Shown here one piece after another: positions 24,247-37,349 of a DNA stretch of 64,000 nucleotides (its first letter is position 1; each line of letters opens with the position of its first letter). Location of the stretch: assembly GCF_036365525.1 (NCBI RefSeq), contig NC_090371.1, forward strand, positions 180,858,101-180,922,100, read 5' to 3'. The notes beneath the pieces were generated by a model. The model made no database searches. It saw only the letters and a list, made by a program, of their open reading frames with translations, and was not told the origin of the DNA. This stretch comes from Heterodontus francisci. Taxonomy: Eukaryota. A program made the position numbers and the translations under genes.

Positions 24247-24667
24247 CCACTTGGATCCTGCACAGATTAAAACTCAGAAGCTTCTCTGATGTAGCCAAAA
24301 ATGGACTCCAAGTTTTCACACAGATGGAGAGACTGTCACATGACTGTCCCAGTGTATTCTCTTTTGCACTTTAATGAGATCCAAGTCTGATAATTCCAAT
24401 CTCTCTCAGGTCTTATTGTTTCAATGTGTGTACCCCTTGAGGTTCGTCTCCACTTGTGCTAATGTTCCAAGATGGCTTTGAATGTCTTGCTAATGAAGTT
24501 GATACCCGGTAGCTCATTCAACCCACTCAAATCATTGTTCCGGCATATGTCTACACCTTTCAATGCAAATTGCGGTGGTCACCTTAGCTACTTTCTTTTT
24601 AAAATTTGAATTTAGGTTCTCAACCAATGAATTAAAAATAATCATTCAGCATAGCATGTTCATGACA
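23626..24667. mobile_element. Solo LTR related to the Gmr1-like LTRs (duplicate 42011-43052)
   Basis: Begins tgttatgatcaggtgag (compare tgttacgaccaggtgag), shares the gacaggttttct...gtttatt block, ends catgaca; contains (CA)n ~23882-23915 and (GA)n 24209-24243; TSD imperfect. Confidence 0.7.
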
Positions 24668-24879
24668 TTAAAAAATATGTTGGCTTACAGACCACGGAGA
24701 GCGACCCGTTTTAAAAATAGGACAACTTCTGTTGGGTTCGCAGGTCTTGGTTTGTGGAATGTTTTATAAAGTCCAGTAAAGCTTGGCACACAGGGACAGA
24801 CAGTTGGTTGGTTAGATATTGTAACATTTTCTGTAACATTAAAGTAGAATTAATTAAGACACACAAGCAGAAGGGAAGT

Positions 24880-25600
24880 AAGAAGCTGGTGAGTATACTG
24901 TTTTGTTTTTTTTAGGCAGTAAGGTGTATAGTATTACCAAGGTTTAAATTAGTCCAGTAAGTGCTGGTGAGGAGAGGCATTAATTAAAAACAATAAATTC
25001 AGAAAATAATTAATTAGTTAGTTAAAACACAATCAGGATGGGAGGGCAGGTGATGTGTTGCAGCTGCAGTATGTGGGAGCTCGTGCACACCAATGTGAAT
25101 CACTGCAACCATGTCGGCAGTGTTTAAAGATGGAGGAGCTTTGGCTCAGAGTCAATCAGCTGGAGGCCAAGCATGCATCAGGGAGGGGGAAAGTTATCTG
25201 GACACTTGGTTCCAGAAGGCAGTCACATCCCATAGGATAGGGTCATCTGTTTTGTCAGTGGTCAAGGAGAGGAGGATGTGACTGCGAGTAAGGCAGGTAA
25301 GGGGACTGAGAAGGCAGAAGTGGAGAAGCCTCAGCCCTTGCAGTTTTCCCACATGTTTGAGGTTCTTTCAACTTGAATGGATAAAAGCAAGGGCTGCAGG
25401 GTGGATGGGAAAACTAACCATGGCACCGTGGTACAGGAAGCCATTCAAGCAGGGGGAGAGAATAGGAATGCAGTGGTAGTAGGAGATAGTATGGTCAGGG
25501 GATTGGCACAGTTTTCTGCAGCTGAGAGTAACCGTCCAGAAGACTGTGTTGCCTGCCCAGTGCCAGGGTACAGAACATCTGCTCAGGGCTGGAAAGGAAC
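24880..25600 (+). mobile_element. CR1 5' region/ORF1 fragment (duplicate ~43265-43985)
   Basis: MCCSCSMWEL Zn-finger start, EELWLRVNQLEA coiled coil, VVVGDSMVRG SGNH-esterase motif. Confidence 0.8.
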
Positions 25601-25601
25601 C

Positions 25602-28600
25602 TTTGCATCTTCCTCACAACATACATTCCCACCTAGTTTTGTGTCATCTGCGAACTTGGAAATACTAAATTTGGTCACCACATCCAAATCATTGATATAT
25701 ATTGTGAATAGCTGGTGCTCAAGCACTGATCCCTGTGGTACCCCACTAGTCACGGCCTGCCAATGCGAGAATGACCCGTTTATTCCTACTCTCTGCTTTC
25801 TGCCTGTTAACCAATCCTTAATCCTCACCAGTATATTACCTATATAAAAAAAAAGAAATGCTTGAAATACTCAGCAGGTCTGGCAGCATCTGTGGGCAGA
25901 GAAGAAGAGTTAATGTTTCCTTCTGAAGAAGGGTCACTGACCTGAAATGTTAACTCTGCTTCTCTGTCCACAGATGCTGCCAGACCTGCTGAGTATTTCC
26001 AGCATTTCTTGTTTTAATTTCAGATTTACAGCATCTGCAGTATTTTGCTTTTATTCCACTGCATGACCTCCAATCCCACGTGCTTTAATTTTGCTAACCA
26101 ACCTTCTGTGGGGGACTTTATCAAAAGCCTTCTGAAAATCCAAATATACCATGTTCACCAACTCTCCTTTATCAATTCTGGTAGCAACATCCTCAAAAAA
26201 CTCCAACAGGTTCGTCAAACATGATTTCCCATTCATAAATCCATGTTGACTATGACCAATCAGATCATTATTATCCAAGTGTCCATTTATCACATCCTTT
26301 AGAATAGATTCTAGCATTTTCCCCAACGACTGATGTCAGGCTAACAGGTCAGTAATTCCCTGTTTTCTCTCTCCCTCCTTTCTTAAATAGTGGGGTGGCA
26401 TCTGCGATCTTCAAATCTGCAGGAACCGCTCCAGAATCTATAGAATTTTGGAAGATGATCACCAATGCATTCACTATCTCCATAGCTACCTCTTTCAACT
26501 CTCTGGGATGTAGAATATCAGGTCCTGGGGACTTAGCAACCTTCAACCTTCTAATACTAATTTCCTTCAATTCCTCATTTCCCTAATCCCTTGGATCTCT
26601 ACAATTCTGGGAGATTTCTTATATCTTCCTCAGTGAAGACAGACACAAAGTAAACATTTAGCTTCTCTGCCATGTCTCTATTCCCCATTATAAATTCTCC
26701 TGACTCTGCCTGTAATGAGCACACATTTGTCTTTGCCAAGTGTTTCCTTTTTACACTCCATCTTTATATTTTTTGCTAGCTTACATTCATATCCTGTTCT
26801 CCCTTTCTTTACATGCTTCTTCGTCCTCCTTTGCTGTATTTTAAAACCTCCCAATCCTAAGATTTACTACAATTTCTGGCAACCTAACAGGCCTTTTCTT
26901 ATAATCTTATACAATCCTTAACTTCCTTTGTTATCTACGGTAGACTGCCTTTACTTTTGTGCCTTGAAGGAATGTATAGTTGCTGTAAGCTATGTAATAT
27001 TTCTTTAAAACTATCCATTGTACTGTCACACCTTTTAATGCATTTTCCCAATCCTCCTCAGACAAGTTGCCCCTCATACCTTCATAATTTCCATTGTTCC
27101 AAGTTAACACCTTGGCTTTAGATTGAACTACCTCAAGTTCAAACATAATGGAAAATTTTATCATAATATGGTCACTCATCCTTAAAGGTTCTTTTACAAC
27201 AAGATTATTAATTAGCCCTTTCTCATTACATAAAACTATACCTAAAATAGCATGTTTTCTAGTCGGTTCCTCAACGTACTGCTCAAGAAAACCATCCCAA
27301 ACACGCTCCAGAAACTCGTCCTCCACAGCATTAGTGATCATTAGTTTTACCCAATCTATATGTAGAATGAATTCACCAATGATTACTGTATTTCTCATGC
27401 CACATGCTTCTTTAATCTCCTGATCAATACCATGCCACACACTACCACTACTGTTTTGTGGCCGCAAACAACTCCTACCAATGTTTGCTGCCCCTTTCTG
27501 TTTCTTAGCTCCACTCAAACAGATTCCACATTTTGTTCTACTGATCTGAGATCCTCCCTTACTAATGTACTGATCCCATCCCATATTATCAGCACCTCCT
27601 TTTCCTTTTTGCCTGTCCTTCCTAAATGTTCTTGAATATTCAGTTCTGAGTCTTGATCACCCTGTAGCCATGTTTCTGTTGCGGCAATTAGATCATACCC
27701 ATTTACATCTATTTGGACCTTAAAATCATCTGTTTCGAATGCTGCGTGCATTAAGGTAGAATGGCCTTCACCTTGTCTTTTTGACATTATTCTGCATTCT
27801 AAGCCTAGTTGATGCTCGCCTTTGTTTTCCTACCTTCTAATGTCACTTGCTACTTTTCTACCTCCTGGTACCAGCTTTACCTCCTTCCAATTTGAGCTAC
27901 CCCTCAGGTTCCCATCCCCTGTCAAGCTAGTTTAAACCCTCCCCTACTGCACTAGCAAATCTCCCTGCGAGAATGTTAGTTCCGGTCCTGTAAAGGTGTA
28001 GCTCATCCATCTTGTACAGGTCTCATCTACCCCAGAACTGGTCCCAATGCTTCAGAAATTTGATGCCCTCCCTCCGACACCAATTCTCCAGCCATGTGTT
28101 CAATCAATCCATCCTCCTATTCCCATGATCACTAGCATGTGGCACTGGGAGTAATCCTGAGACTACTGCTTTTGAAGTCCTGCTTTTTAATTTCCTTCCT
28201 AACTCCCTAAAATATGCTTTCAGGACCTTATCCTTCTTCCTACCTATGTCATTGTGGACCATGACCACTGGCTGTTCACCCTCCCCCAGATGGATGTCCT
28301 GCATCCGCTCCGTGACATCCTTAACCCTGGCACCAGGGAGGCAGCATACCATCCTGGAGTCACATTTACTGCCGCAGAGACACATGTCTGATCCCCTGAC
28401 TATTGAATCCCCTATCACTATTGCTCTGCCACTCTTCTTCCTCCCTTCCTGTGCAGCTGAGCTACCCATGGTGCCACAGACATTGCTCTGGCTGCACTCC
28501 CCCGGGGATCCATCGCTCTCACCAGTGTCCAAAATGGAAAACCAATTAGCAAGCAAGATAGACTCAGGGGACTCCTGCACTGCCTGCCTGGTTCTCTTAG

Positions 28601-28745
28601 ACTGCCTGGCGGTCACCCATTCCCTCTCTACCTGCATGCTCCCAATCAGCAATGTTACCACCTCTCTAAGCATGCTATTCGCGTAGTCCTCTGCCTCGCA
28701 GATACACAACAGTGACTCCAGCTGCCGCCCAAGTTCTGAAACCCG
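25602..28745 (-). mobile_element. Degenerate CR1 LINE (ORF1 esterase, endonuclease, RT to FADD), truncated at both ends (duplicate ~43987-47130)
   Basis: IVIGDSIVRG and CCLPGARVKDV; IAATETWL; QHGFMNGKSCLTNLLEFF; GVPQGSVL; KFADDTK. Confidence 0.92.
25842..26065. mobile_element. Palindromic Penelope-type terminal element inserted in CR1 RT (duplicate ~44227-44450)
   Basis: ~65-bp inverted arms (~25854-25919 / 25944-26009) around ctgaagaagggtcactgacct; the CR1 sequence resumes afterwards; possible ACCT duplication. Confidence 0.65.
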
Positions 28746-28751
28746 AAAGCG

Positions 28752-31105
28752 ACTGAACGTACAAACCTAAGAGCGTGCCAGCAGATAAGGCTAGAGGTTG
28801 TAAACTAACAGAGTCGGGGAGGGTTCAGGTGACGGGAGATTTACAAATCTGCAGAGAAAGGTCGAGGCATCCGAATAGTATAGCATTGTGGGTAAAGATA
28901 GGAAGGGACAGAGAGTTTAACAACATTTGTACATCAGCGAATAGGGGAATAGAAGTTAAAAAATTGAAATCAAAGGTTCGTTATCTGAATGCATGAAGCA
29001 TCTACAAAATGATAGATGAACTAATGGCACAAATGGAGGTAAATGATTTAGATCTAATTGCCAGTACAGAGACATGGTTACAAGGTGATCAAGGTTGGGA
29101 AATAAATATTTCAGGGTGCACAATATTTCAGAAAGACAGACAGAATGTCAAAGGAGGATGGGTATACTTGATAATAAAGGATGACATAAGGACATTAGTG
29201 TGAAAGGATCTGGCCTCAGAAGATTGTGAAGTAGTATCAGTATGGGTGGAAATTAGGAGTAGCAAGAGTCAGAAAACATTGGTTGGAGTAGTTTATAGGC
29301 CCACTAACAGTAGTTATAACTTTGGACAGAACATTGAACAAGAACTTATTGGAGCTTGTAACAAAGGCAATATAATAGTTATGGGGCTCGTTAATCTTCA
29401 TATAGACTGGGACAATGAAATTGGCAAGCGTGGTCCAGAATATGAGTTCTTAGAATGTTTGCGGGACAGTTTCTTGGAGCAATACATCATGGAGCTGACT
29501 AGGAATAAAGGTATCTCAGATCTAGTATTGTGTAATGAAGCACGGTTATTAGTAATGTCATAGTAAAAGATCCACTGGGAAATAGTGATCATAATACAAC
29601 TGCATTCCATTTAAAATTTGTAAGTGATATACTTCGCTCACAAACAATAATCATAAATTGAAATAAAGCCAATTACATAGGTATCAAGGGAGAACTGGCT
29701 AACGTAAATTGGGTAAATAGACTAAAAGATATGGCGGTAAATGAACAGTGGGAAACTTTAAAAGAAACAATTGAAAATATTCAACAAAAATACGTTCCAT
29801 TAAAAAACACAAACTCAGCAAGTAAGACCCATCTGTGGCTCACTCAGGAAGTTAAGGACAGTGTTAAATTAAAAGACGAGGCTTACAATTTTGCAAAAGA
29901 GAAGCAAGTCTGAGTATTGGGAATGTTTTAGAAACCAGCAAAGGACCACCAAAAAGTTGATAAAAAAGTAAAAAATGGAATGAGAGTAAACTGGTCAGTA
30001 ATATAAAAACAGATTGTGAGAGCTTTTATAGATATATAAAAAGGAAGAGAGTAGCTAAAGTAAACGTTGGTGTCTTAGAAGCAAAGACAGGAGAAATGAT
30101 CATGGGGAATGAAAACATGGCAATGAACACATATTTCGTGTTGGCCTTCATAGTAGAAGATACATGTTTCATTCCAGAAATAGATAGTAACCTAGGGGCT
30201 AAAAAGAGTGAGGAAATTAAGGAAATTCATATCTGTAGAGAAAAAGTATTGGAAAAACTAAAGGGACTAAATTCCAACAAATCTGCAAGACCTGAGGTTC
30301 TAAAAGTGATAACTGCAGACGTAGTGGCTGAGCTAGCTATGATTTTCCAAAATCTCATTAGATTCGAGAACGGTGCCATCAGATTGGAAATTGGCAAACG
30401 TTACACTGCTTTCCAAGAAAGGAGGGAAAGAGAAAACAGTGAACTACAGGCCAGTTAGCCTAAGACCAGTCATTGGGAAAATGCTGGAATCTATTATTAA
30501 GAAAGTTTTAACAATTCGCCTAGAAAAGCACTGTGTATAATTAGAACAAGTCTACGTGGTTTTATGAAAGAGAAATCCTGTTTGACAAATTTATTAGTGA
30601 TTTTTGAGGATGTAACTCATTGGGTATATAAAGGGGAACCAATAGATGTAGTATACCTGGATCTCCAAAAGGCATTTGTTAAGGTGCCACACAAAAGTTT
30701 AATAGGCAAGATATGGGCTCATGAGTTAGAGGTAATATATTAGCATGGATAGAGGATTGGTTAATGGACAGAAGGCAAAGGGTGGGCATAAACCAGGCAT
30801 TTTCTCATTGGCAGGCTGTGAATTGTGGAGTGCTGCAAGGATCAGTGTTGGGCCTCAGCTATTTACAATCTATATTTATGACTTAGATGAAGAGACAGAG
30901 AGTAAAGAATCTAAGTTTGCTGATGATACAAAGATAGGTGGAATATTAAGTTGTGGGGAAGACACAGAGAAGCTGCAAAGAGATAGAGACATGTTAAGAG
31001 AGTGGGCAACAAGATGGCAGATGGAGTATAATGTAGGGAAGTGTGAAGTTATTCACTTTGGTCATAAGAATAAAAGAACTGAATATTCTCTAAAAGGTGT
31101 GAAAC
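28752..31105 (+). mobile_element. CR1 LINE paralogous to ~822-3551, 3' part deleted (duplicate ~47137-49490)
   Basis: Collinear with the unit-1 CR1 but lacks the SINE; joins directly to sequence equivalent to ~5041. Confidence 0.9.
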
Positions 31106-34100
31106 AAGGAGGCAGACAAACATCTGTGGAGCATTAAAAGTTATCTCAATTCATCAGCAATCATTGCTAAGGTCAAAGGAGCCTGTGATTAAGAAACAAC
31201 AGGCACGGGTCAAAGGTGAAACACCCTGTGTGCAGTTATGATTCTGCTGTCCAGTTCCTCACCACCTCTATAATGACTGCTGAATCAAGGGGGTTCTGCA
31301 ACCAATGCTTGCAGGGGGCATTGTCCTCAGTGCACTTCAGAGGATCATAGATTGGCACTGCAGCATGGCTGATGATTATCATCCCTGCACATGTATAAAT
31401 GCTGTGCTGCATGGTAGCTGCTGGTATTTGCAGCATTTGGCACAGCGTGGTATTTTCCCATGTGTTGATCCAGATCCTGAGAAAGCAAATTAACCAAGTC
31501 ATCCCCAGGTACATTTGTCAGGTTCAGCAGAATGGCTGGTGCCATTTTTGTGGCAGAGCTCCGTTCATGCAGTTGCCTGGAAAGCATGGTGTTCTGTAAA
31601 TGTGGTGCCTCTGCAAACCTTCAAATTTAAGGATGAGGCAGATACTTTGTATCTCATTGTGATGCCACTGGGAGTCCGCTGGCACAGCTGTCTTTGGAAA
31701 GAGGCCCCTTTCCCCACCTCCATCAACACACTGTTTTCTGTAGTGAGGTATTCTACTTGTCTCTGATGATGTGGCTGTGCAGAGGGCAGTGGGAGGGCAC
31801 ACAATAATTCTCTGCTCCTCCAAAGCTTGCAGGATTCCTGGGGGTCGTGCTGTACATCAGTAAGAAAATCAAGTGTGGTGTAAAACAGCGATTTGTTATC
31901 GTCTGTTCTGTGCCACTGTCGAAGACCAATTTCACCGGCTTGGTGGTCTGGAAAATGGCACGGCATTCCAGCCGTCACCTTTAACTGTTTAAATATTTAA
32001 ATGCCATCTGGAATGATTAGCAGATTTGATATCTAGAATATTCTTTATTCATTACATTTATCTCATGGCCAAATTCCAACTGGGTATGTTGTTGAGCCTC
32101 AGGAAAACCTGGCTGCCAAGTCAAACCATCAGAATTTGTTAGGAACAAACTATTAATCAAAATTATTTTGCAATTCTGCCAGATTGCCCACGATGTTGCA
32201 ATCTCTTCTGCCTGCGTGCAAGCCCCCCTCACCCCTTCCTGCTCACTGCTGCACGGGAGCAAATTCAACTTTCACCCATGAGCCACTTGGAGTATAAAAT
32301 AATCTGATTTCCTGGAATTCACACGGGTTCACCATCGCAGACTGCTGTTTGAATGAAATCTGACTCTGGAACTTCCTCAACCACTGGACAAACCCAGGGG
32401 GAGGAGTCACCACAACAGCTGCCTCAACACTTTACAAATCATAAACTGAGCCGTGAATCACCTCCAGACGCCCCTGAAGCTTTTATTTCATCCCTGTCTT
32501 GCTTGTGAACAGTGACTGTGTGATATCAGCACAGGTCCTTGTATATAACTAACTGATCTCTCATGGTGTTGCTCTGGTTAACATGGCCAGGTGTGTGAAG
32601 GGGATAAGACCCGGCTGTGAAAACATTGGTGAGGGGATTCACCTGAAGTTTGGTATCAATGGGATTGTAGAATGTGGGGATTGGGTCAGCAGCTGATTCC
32701 TAGTATTTGGGAGAAGTTTCAGTGCGGAGGGTAATACAGCTCCGGAGGTGGAGCATGTTCCAGGGTTCTGCAGCATTTGAGGGAGGTGCAGAACTGGAAA
32801 TGATTCCAGGTTCTGGCAGCAGTCAGAAGTGGATAACATGCATTGTTGTGGATCTAACTGCATGGGATAGGGAAAATGTAAGCGGTCTGCATGCAGTGAG
32901 GAGTGGCCACCTAGCATCTGGATAGAAGTTGGCAGATTCTTGACAGCACTGTGCTGGTTTCCAAGAAACTGGGTGTGGTGGTTTGTACATCTGGGTCAGT
33001 CAGCACTGGGGATGGAGCGTCCCAGGGTGTGAGGAATATGATGGCTTCTGTCGCATTGGAGCGGGCCTGGGGTCTGTAAAAAAGATCAACACCTGAAGCC
33101 TAGTGAGAATGGAAGCAGCAGGTCTGCTTGGTTGAAAGGGGATTTATGAGTTTGGGCCAGGTGAGATAGCCTGTGGGAGATGAGGCAGGAGGATGGTGGG
33201 GAGGAGGGGAGGGAGACAGTTCCATATCACTGAGGAATTTCCCCTTCAGGAAGTCTTGTGGGATGAAAGTTCACAGAATCAAGATTTCAATGTCTCTCAG
33301 AAATCTTCCAAAGAACTTCACACATCGGGATATACATGTACACGGGGAAGATCAGATCAATTTTCTCTTTCCACATAGTTTGAAATATGCACAGCTCCTC
33401 CTGTGGATGTCTGATTTTCTGTTCTTGCAAACACAACTTTCACCACAGCAAAAATTCCCCTTCCATTTGATGGTCAGTAGCAGAGCTACTGCATCAACAG
33501 ATTACCCATGTCTCCAGCAAAGCATGCTGCTGATTAAACTCCACTGTGACATTTTAAATCAAGAGTTTACTCACAAATACAATGAGATCAATCCTTCTCC
33601 CCACCAGCACAGACCGGGATCGAGTTTGTTTGCTCTCACCTGGTGTTAAGGGGGTTGTAATGGCTTCAACATGGGGTTGGTTGCCTAACTGCCACATTAA
33701 CACCAGCGATGTGATCAGTTCCGCTGTAGAAGGGTCTACTGCCGGGTGACCATAGCGCCTGCCTGCTTCAGATGATAGGCCCCTCTTCATATGCAAATTA
33801 GGTTCCCAGGATGTCATTAGGACCTGATTACCATTTTCAGTAGGAAGTGGTGCAAAGATGATGTCAGCAAAGAGGCCTTCAAAAGGTAAGTGTCGAGTTG
33901 GGTCTGATCAGGTTCTGGTCAGGTAGCCGTGCTCTACCCTCGCCCTCTTTGATTATGACCACACACCCTCCTGCACCTTGCCACCAACACTTGTAACTGA
34001 TATTGATGCCAGCAGGTCTGGCTCAGGCTTTCAATGTAGCAAACTGCATTGGATTTCTGGCATTGTGCTCCACAGCTCACCTGCTGAATTTGTGACAGGG

Positions 34101-35426
34101 ACCTCACTGCACAGTTGCCCAAAATGCAAATCTGTCCTGTGATCTCATGTTCTAGGTATGTACATACCTGATCTACCTGATAAGTTGGAATACTAAATTT
34201 TTCAACTCCTTTTATACACTGTTGCAAACTCTGACTGAAAAGGAATTACACGTGAAAAATCTTTGCACTGTTTACAATTAGAACCTGATCTTTTAAAATA
34301 AGCAAAGATATAGTTAAGCTTTGCAACTTGCAGTTAGAGGATGCCCCATTTCCTGTAATTCACAAGTTTCAGCTCAGGGTTGTGTTTCCTTTTTATTATA
34401 ATCCTAAGGTTCAGTGCCAAGTCTGCACAGGAGCATTGTCCTGTGGGTCAGCTGCAAAATGTGGAACTGAATTTTCATTTTGGGGAGGAAAATTGAATAT
34501 ACAATTAATCATACCTTGTAATACATGATTCCATGCAAAGTCTCAGCTGCATTTTAACTCTGTCAATAAATCAGTTTGAATAATTCTCAAGGAAATGACT
34601 GAGCAAAATTAAACATCTCTGCAGGCGCAGGTATGTTTAAGATATTTCTATTCCAGAATTGAAGCTATTGCCTCCTCAAACTTAAAATCTATTGTAAGTG
34701 GAATGAACACTAACCAACTTTAGAACTACATTTACACCATTGCACCTCTTTGCAAACTTGTCGCATTACAGGCCAAAGAATCACATTATAAAGTTCAGCC
34801 AATGAAAGGGAGAGTTATTTCCTGTAAATCACATGTTTCAGTTCCATTGACAGGTCAGCATGTTCTCTTATTTTTGTGAGGAGGTTACCAATGGGTCAGG
34901 TGTAAAATCTGGAACTGGATTATTCTCTGGATCATCTGACGCTTCTTGGCTTGGGGAACAACAATTAAAAGCATCAAATGATCTTATCAATGTTTAATTA
35001 TCTGTCATTTACAATTGTGTAAAAATAAAAGGAAGATATTAATGCCGCACCATAAGGACTTGAATCAATTATCATTGAGATGAAAACTACAGAAATATTG
35101 GGGGTAAAATTCAGTTTTAATCGGGGTGCGAGATGGGCAGTATGGATCAGTCACCCGTTATATACCACAGTTAATTCTCCTTTACAGTGAAGCTTAACTG
35201 AAAGAGAAATTGGACAGGATGTATATACAGGTGACTGATCTTCTAACACTTTTTTGCACTTTTGCCAAAGATGAATTTTACACCACTTTTCTGAAACTTG
35301 CAATTAAACCTTTAAAATCTACACAAATCTAGTTCCCCACCTATAACAAGGGATTATCTCCTGTTGCTGCTGTAAACCGTGCAGAAGTTGTGAATATATT
35401 TAAAACTGCAAAAGTAAAAGAAAGTT

Positions 35427-35521
35427 TGATTCAGCAGCAGGGAAATTCCCTCCCACAGAACTTTGGCCAGCTTTCACTGCTTATGATTATGCAAAATGAA
35501 AGTAAAGGATCTCAATAAATA
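35427..35521 (+). promoter_or_regulatory. Proximal promoter of chemokine copy 2 (NF-kB site 35440-35449)
   Basis: Same motifs as copy 1 at offset 24108. Confidence 0.7.
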
Positions 35522-35628
35522 GGAGCTCATTGAAGCTCTCTTCAGCAGAACCTCATTCAACAGAGAGAGGCACAGAGGTAGACTGAAGATCCTTCAGCAG
35601 AAATCTATTCAGCATCACAAAGTCAAAG

Positions 35629-37349
35629 ATGAACAGAGCAACTACTGTCACGATTCTCATCCTGCTTTTGTGTGCCATTGCTGCACAGGGTATGTCGATG
35701 TTTTTAGCTTGTGTTTTATTGCATTGGAGTGTGGAAAGGAGTCATTCTGTTGAGTTACTGATCAGCTATGCATGCCCCAGTGTGCAGGTTGGTTATTCAT
35801 TGTGCAATTAAATGGTCACCGACACTATATGCTATTGATAATACAATGCTGGTTTGAACAGCTTTCAAAGCTGAAACAAAGTGTCAAAATTCTTAACTTC
35901 AATCAACATCTAAATCTCAGTTAAATTGATTTTTTCACAGGTATTCCAATCCCAGGAACTCAGGGAAGGTGCCAGTGTCCTCAGACCAGCTCCAAAATGA
36001 TCCCTCTGAATCATATCCGGAATTTGAAATTTATTCCTAAAGGATCTCACTGTGAGACACTGGAGATAATGTGAGTAAATGGGTCAGAAGGTCACCTTCA
36101 ACATTTCTTCTTCTGTCACGTCTATTTAGAAGCTGTGCTCTTTGTTCAAAACATGTTGGATCAATCAATGTTCAGGATGAGTTTTACTGAATTCTCACCT
36201 TTCAGTGGGAGACATCCAATTTCTGTGGATTAGATTTTAAAGGTTTACCTTCTCTTCACAGTGTCACCTTGAAAACTGGAAATCAATTATGCGTGAGTCC
36301 TGATGCCAAGTGGGTGAAGACTATTATTAAAGCCAAGAAAGGTTGGTGTTGGTGTTTGTCAGAATTCAGACTTTACATGTCAATAAAAGCAATTTTGTAT
36401 TTCACTATGTCTGTTGTCTCCTGCTTGGCTGAGGGCATTGATTCCTTTCTGCTGCATATTCCCACAGGCTCTTGGTGCATTCTGGTACCATGCCCAAGTG
36501 GCCAACATTTATGTGTCAGCCATGACAGTGAATGTCAGCAAGCTATTCAGCCACAATATTCATCAGAGTTGAGCCCTACACTGCCCTCGCCATGCATCCA
36601 TATATGGTAAATCACAGAGGAGGCAGATGGGGGTCACTGGATAGCAATCAGCTGCAGGAATACTGGGCGATGTCATGTTCCCTCACCCACAATGCTGTGA
36701 CCAATTGTTGTACCTATAGTACCCAGCCGAGATCAACCAATTAATCACAATGAATGATCAAAACAGAAACTTTAAAAATAAGATATTTAAAATATCTCTT
36801 CACCATTTTCATCTCCTTTTCCTGCCACCTTCCTTCCATTATGGTCAACTGCAGAATTTTCTGCACTGCACATTAAGCTGCCCCATTGCATCTTTGTTTC
36901 AAACATATTTTTAACCTTTAACATAATATTCCTGCAGACTCCTGTCAGAACTGAGATTTTAAATGGATATATTTGTTCAAGTTACACAGAAATGTTGTTA
37001 AGTAAACTCTAGACCATCCTTCTCCCTGTTTTGTGTCATCCACCATTGTCAGAAGTCAGGATTTTGTTTACCATTTACTGACTTTGCATCATTCTAGAAT
37101 GTCTTTCATTCATCACAATGGAAGGAAGAGACAACTGTGACCCTGTGAATGCTGCATGCTGTTAAAACCAAATTGCAAAATCAATGAATTGTGAACAAAA
37201 TCACAAGTGTTAGCAATGCTGTGTAACGGGCTGATTGATAATTCTCCGTAATGAAGACATTTCCCTCTATATTAAAATAAATATCTGCGGTTAATGAGGA
37301 AAAATGTAATTTATTTTGTTTTATTTCAGGTGCCAGACAACACAACTGA
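35629..37349 (+). CDS. CXC chemokine copy 2, 96 aa; exons 35629-35689, 35941-36070, 36262-36341, 37330-37349
   Basis: Same exon structure and intact splice sites as copy 1; differs by R42P (cgc>cct), Q47R (cag>cgg) and two synonymous changes, all in exon 2. Confidence 0.92.
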
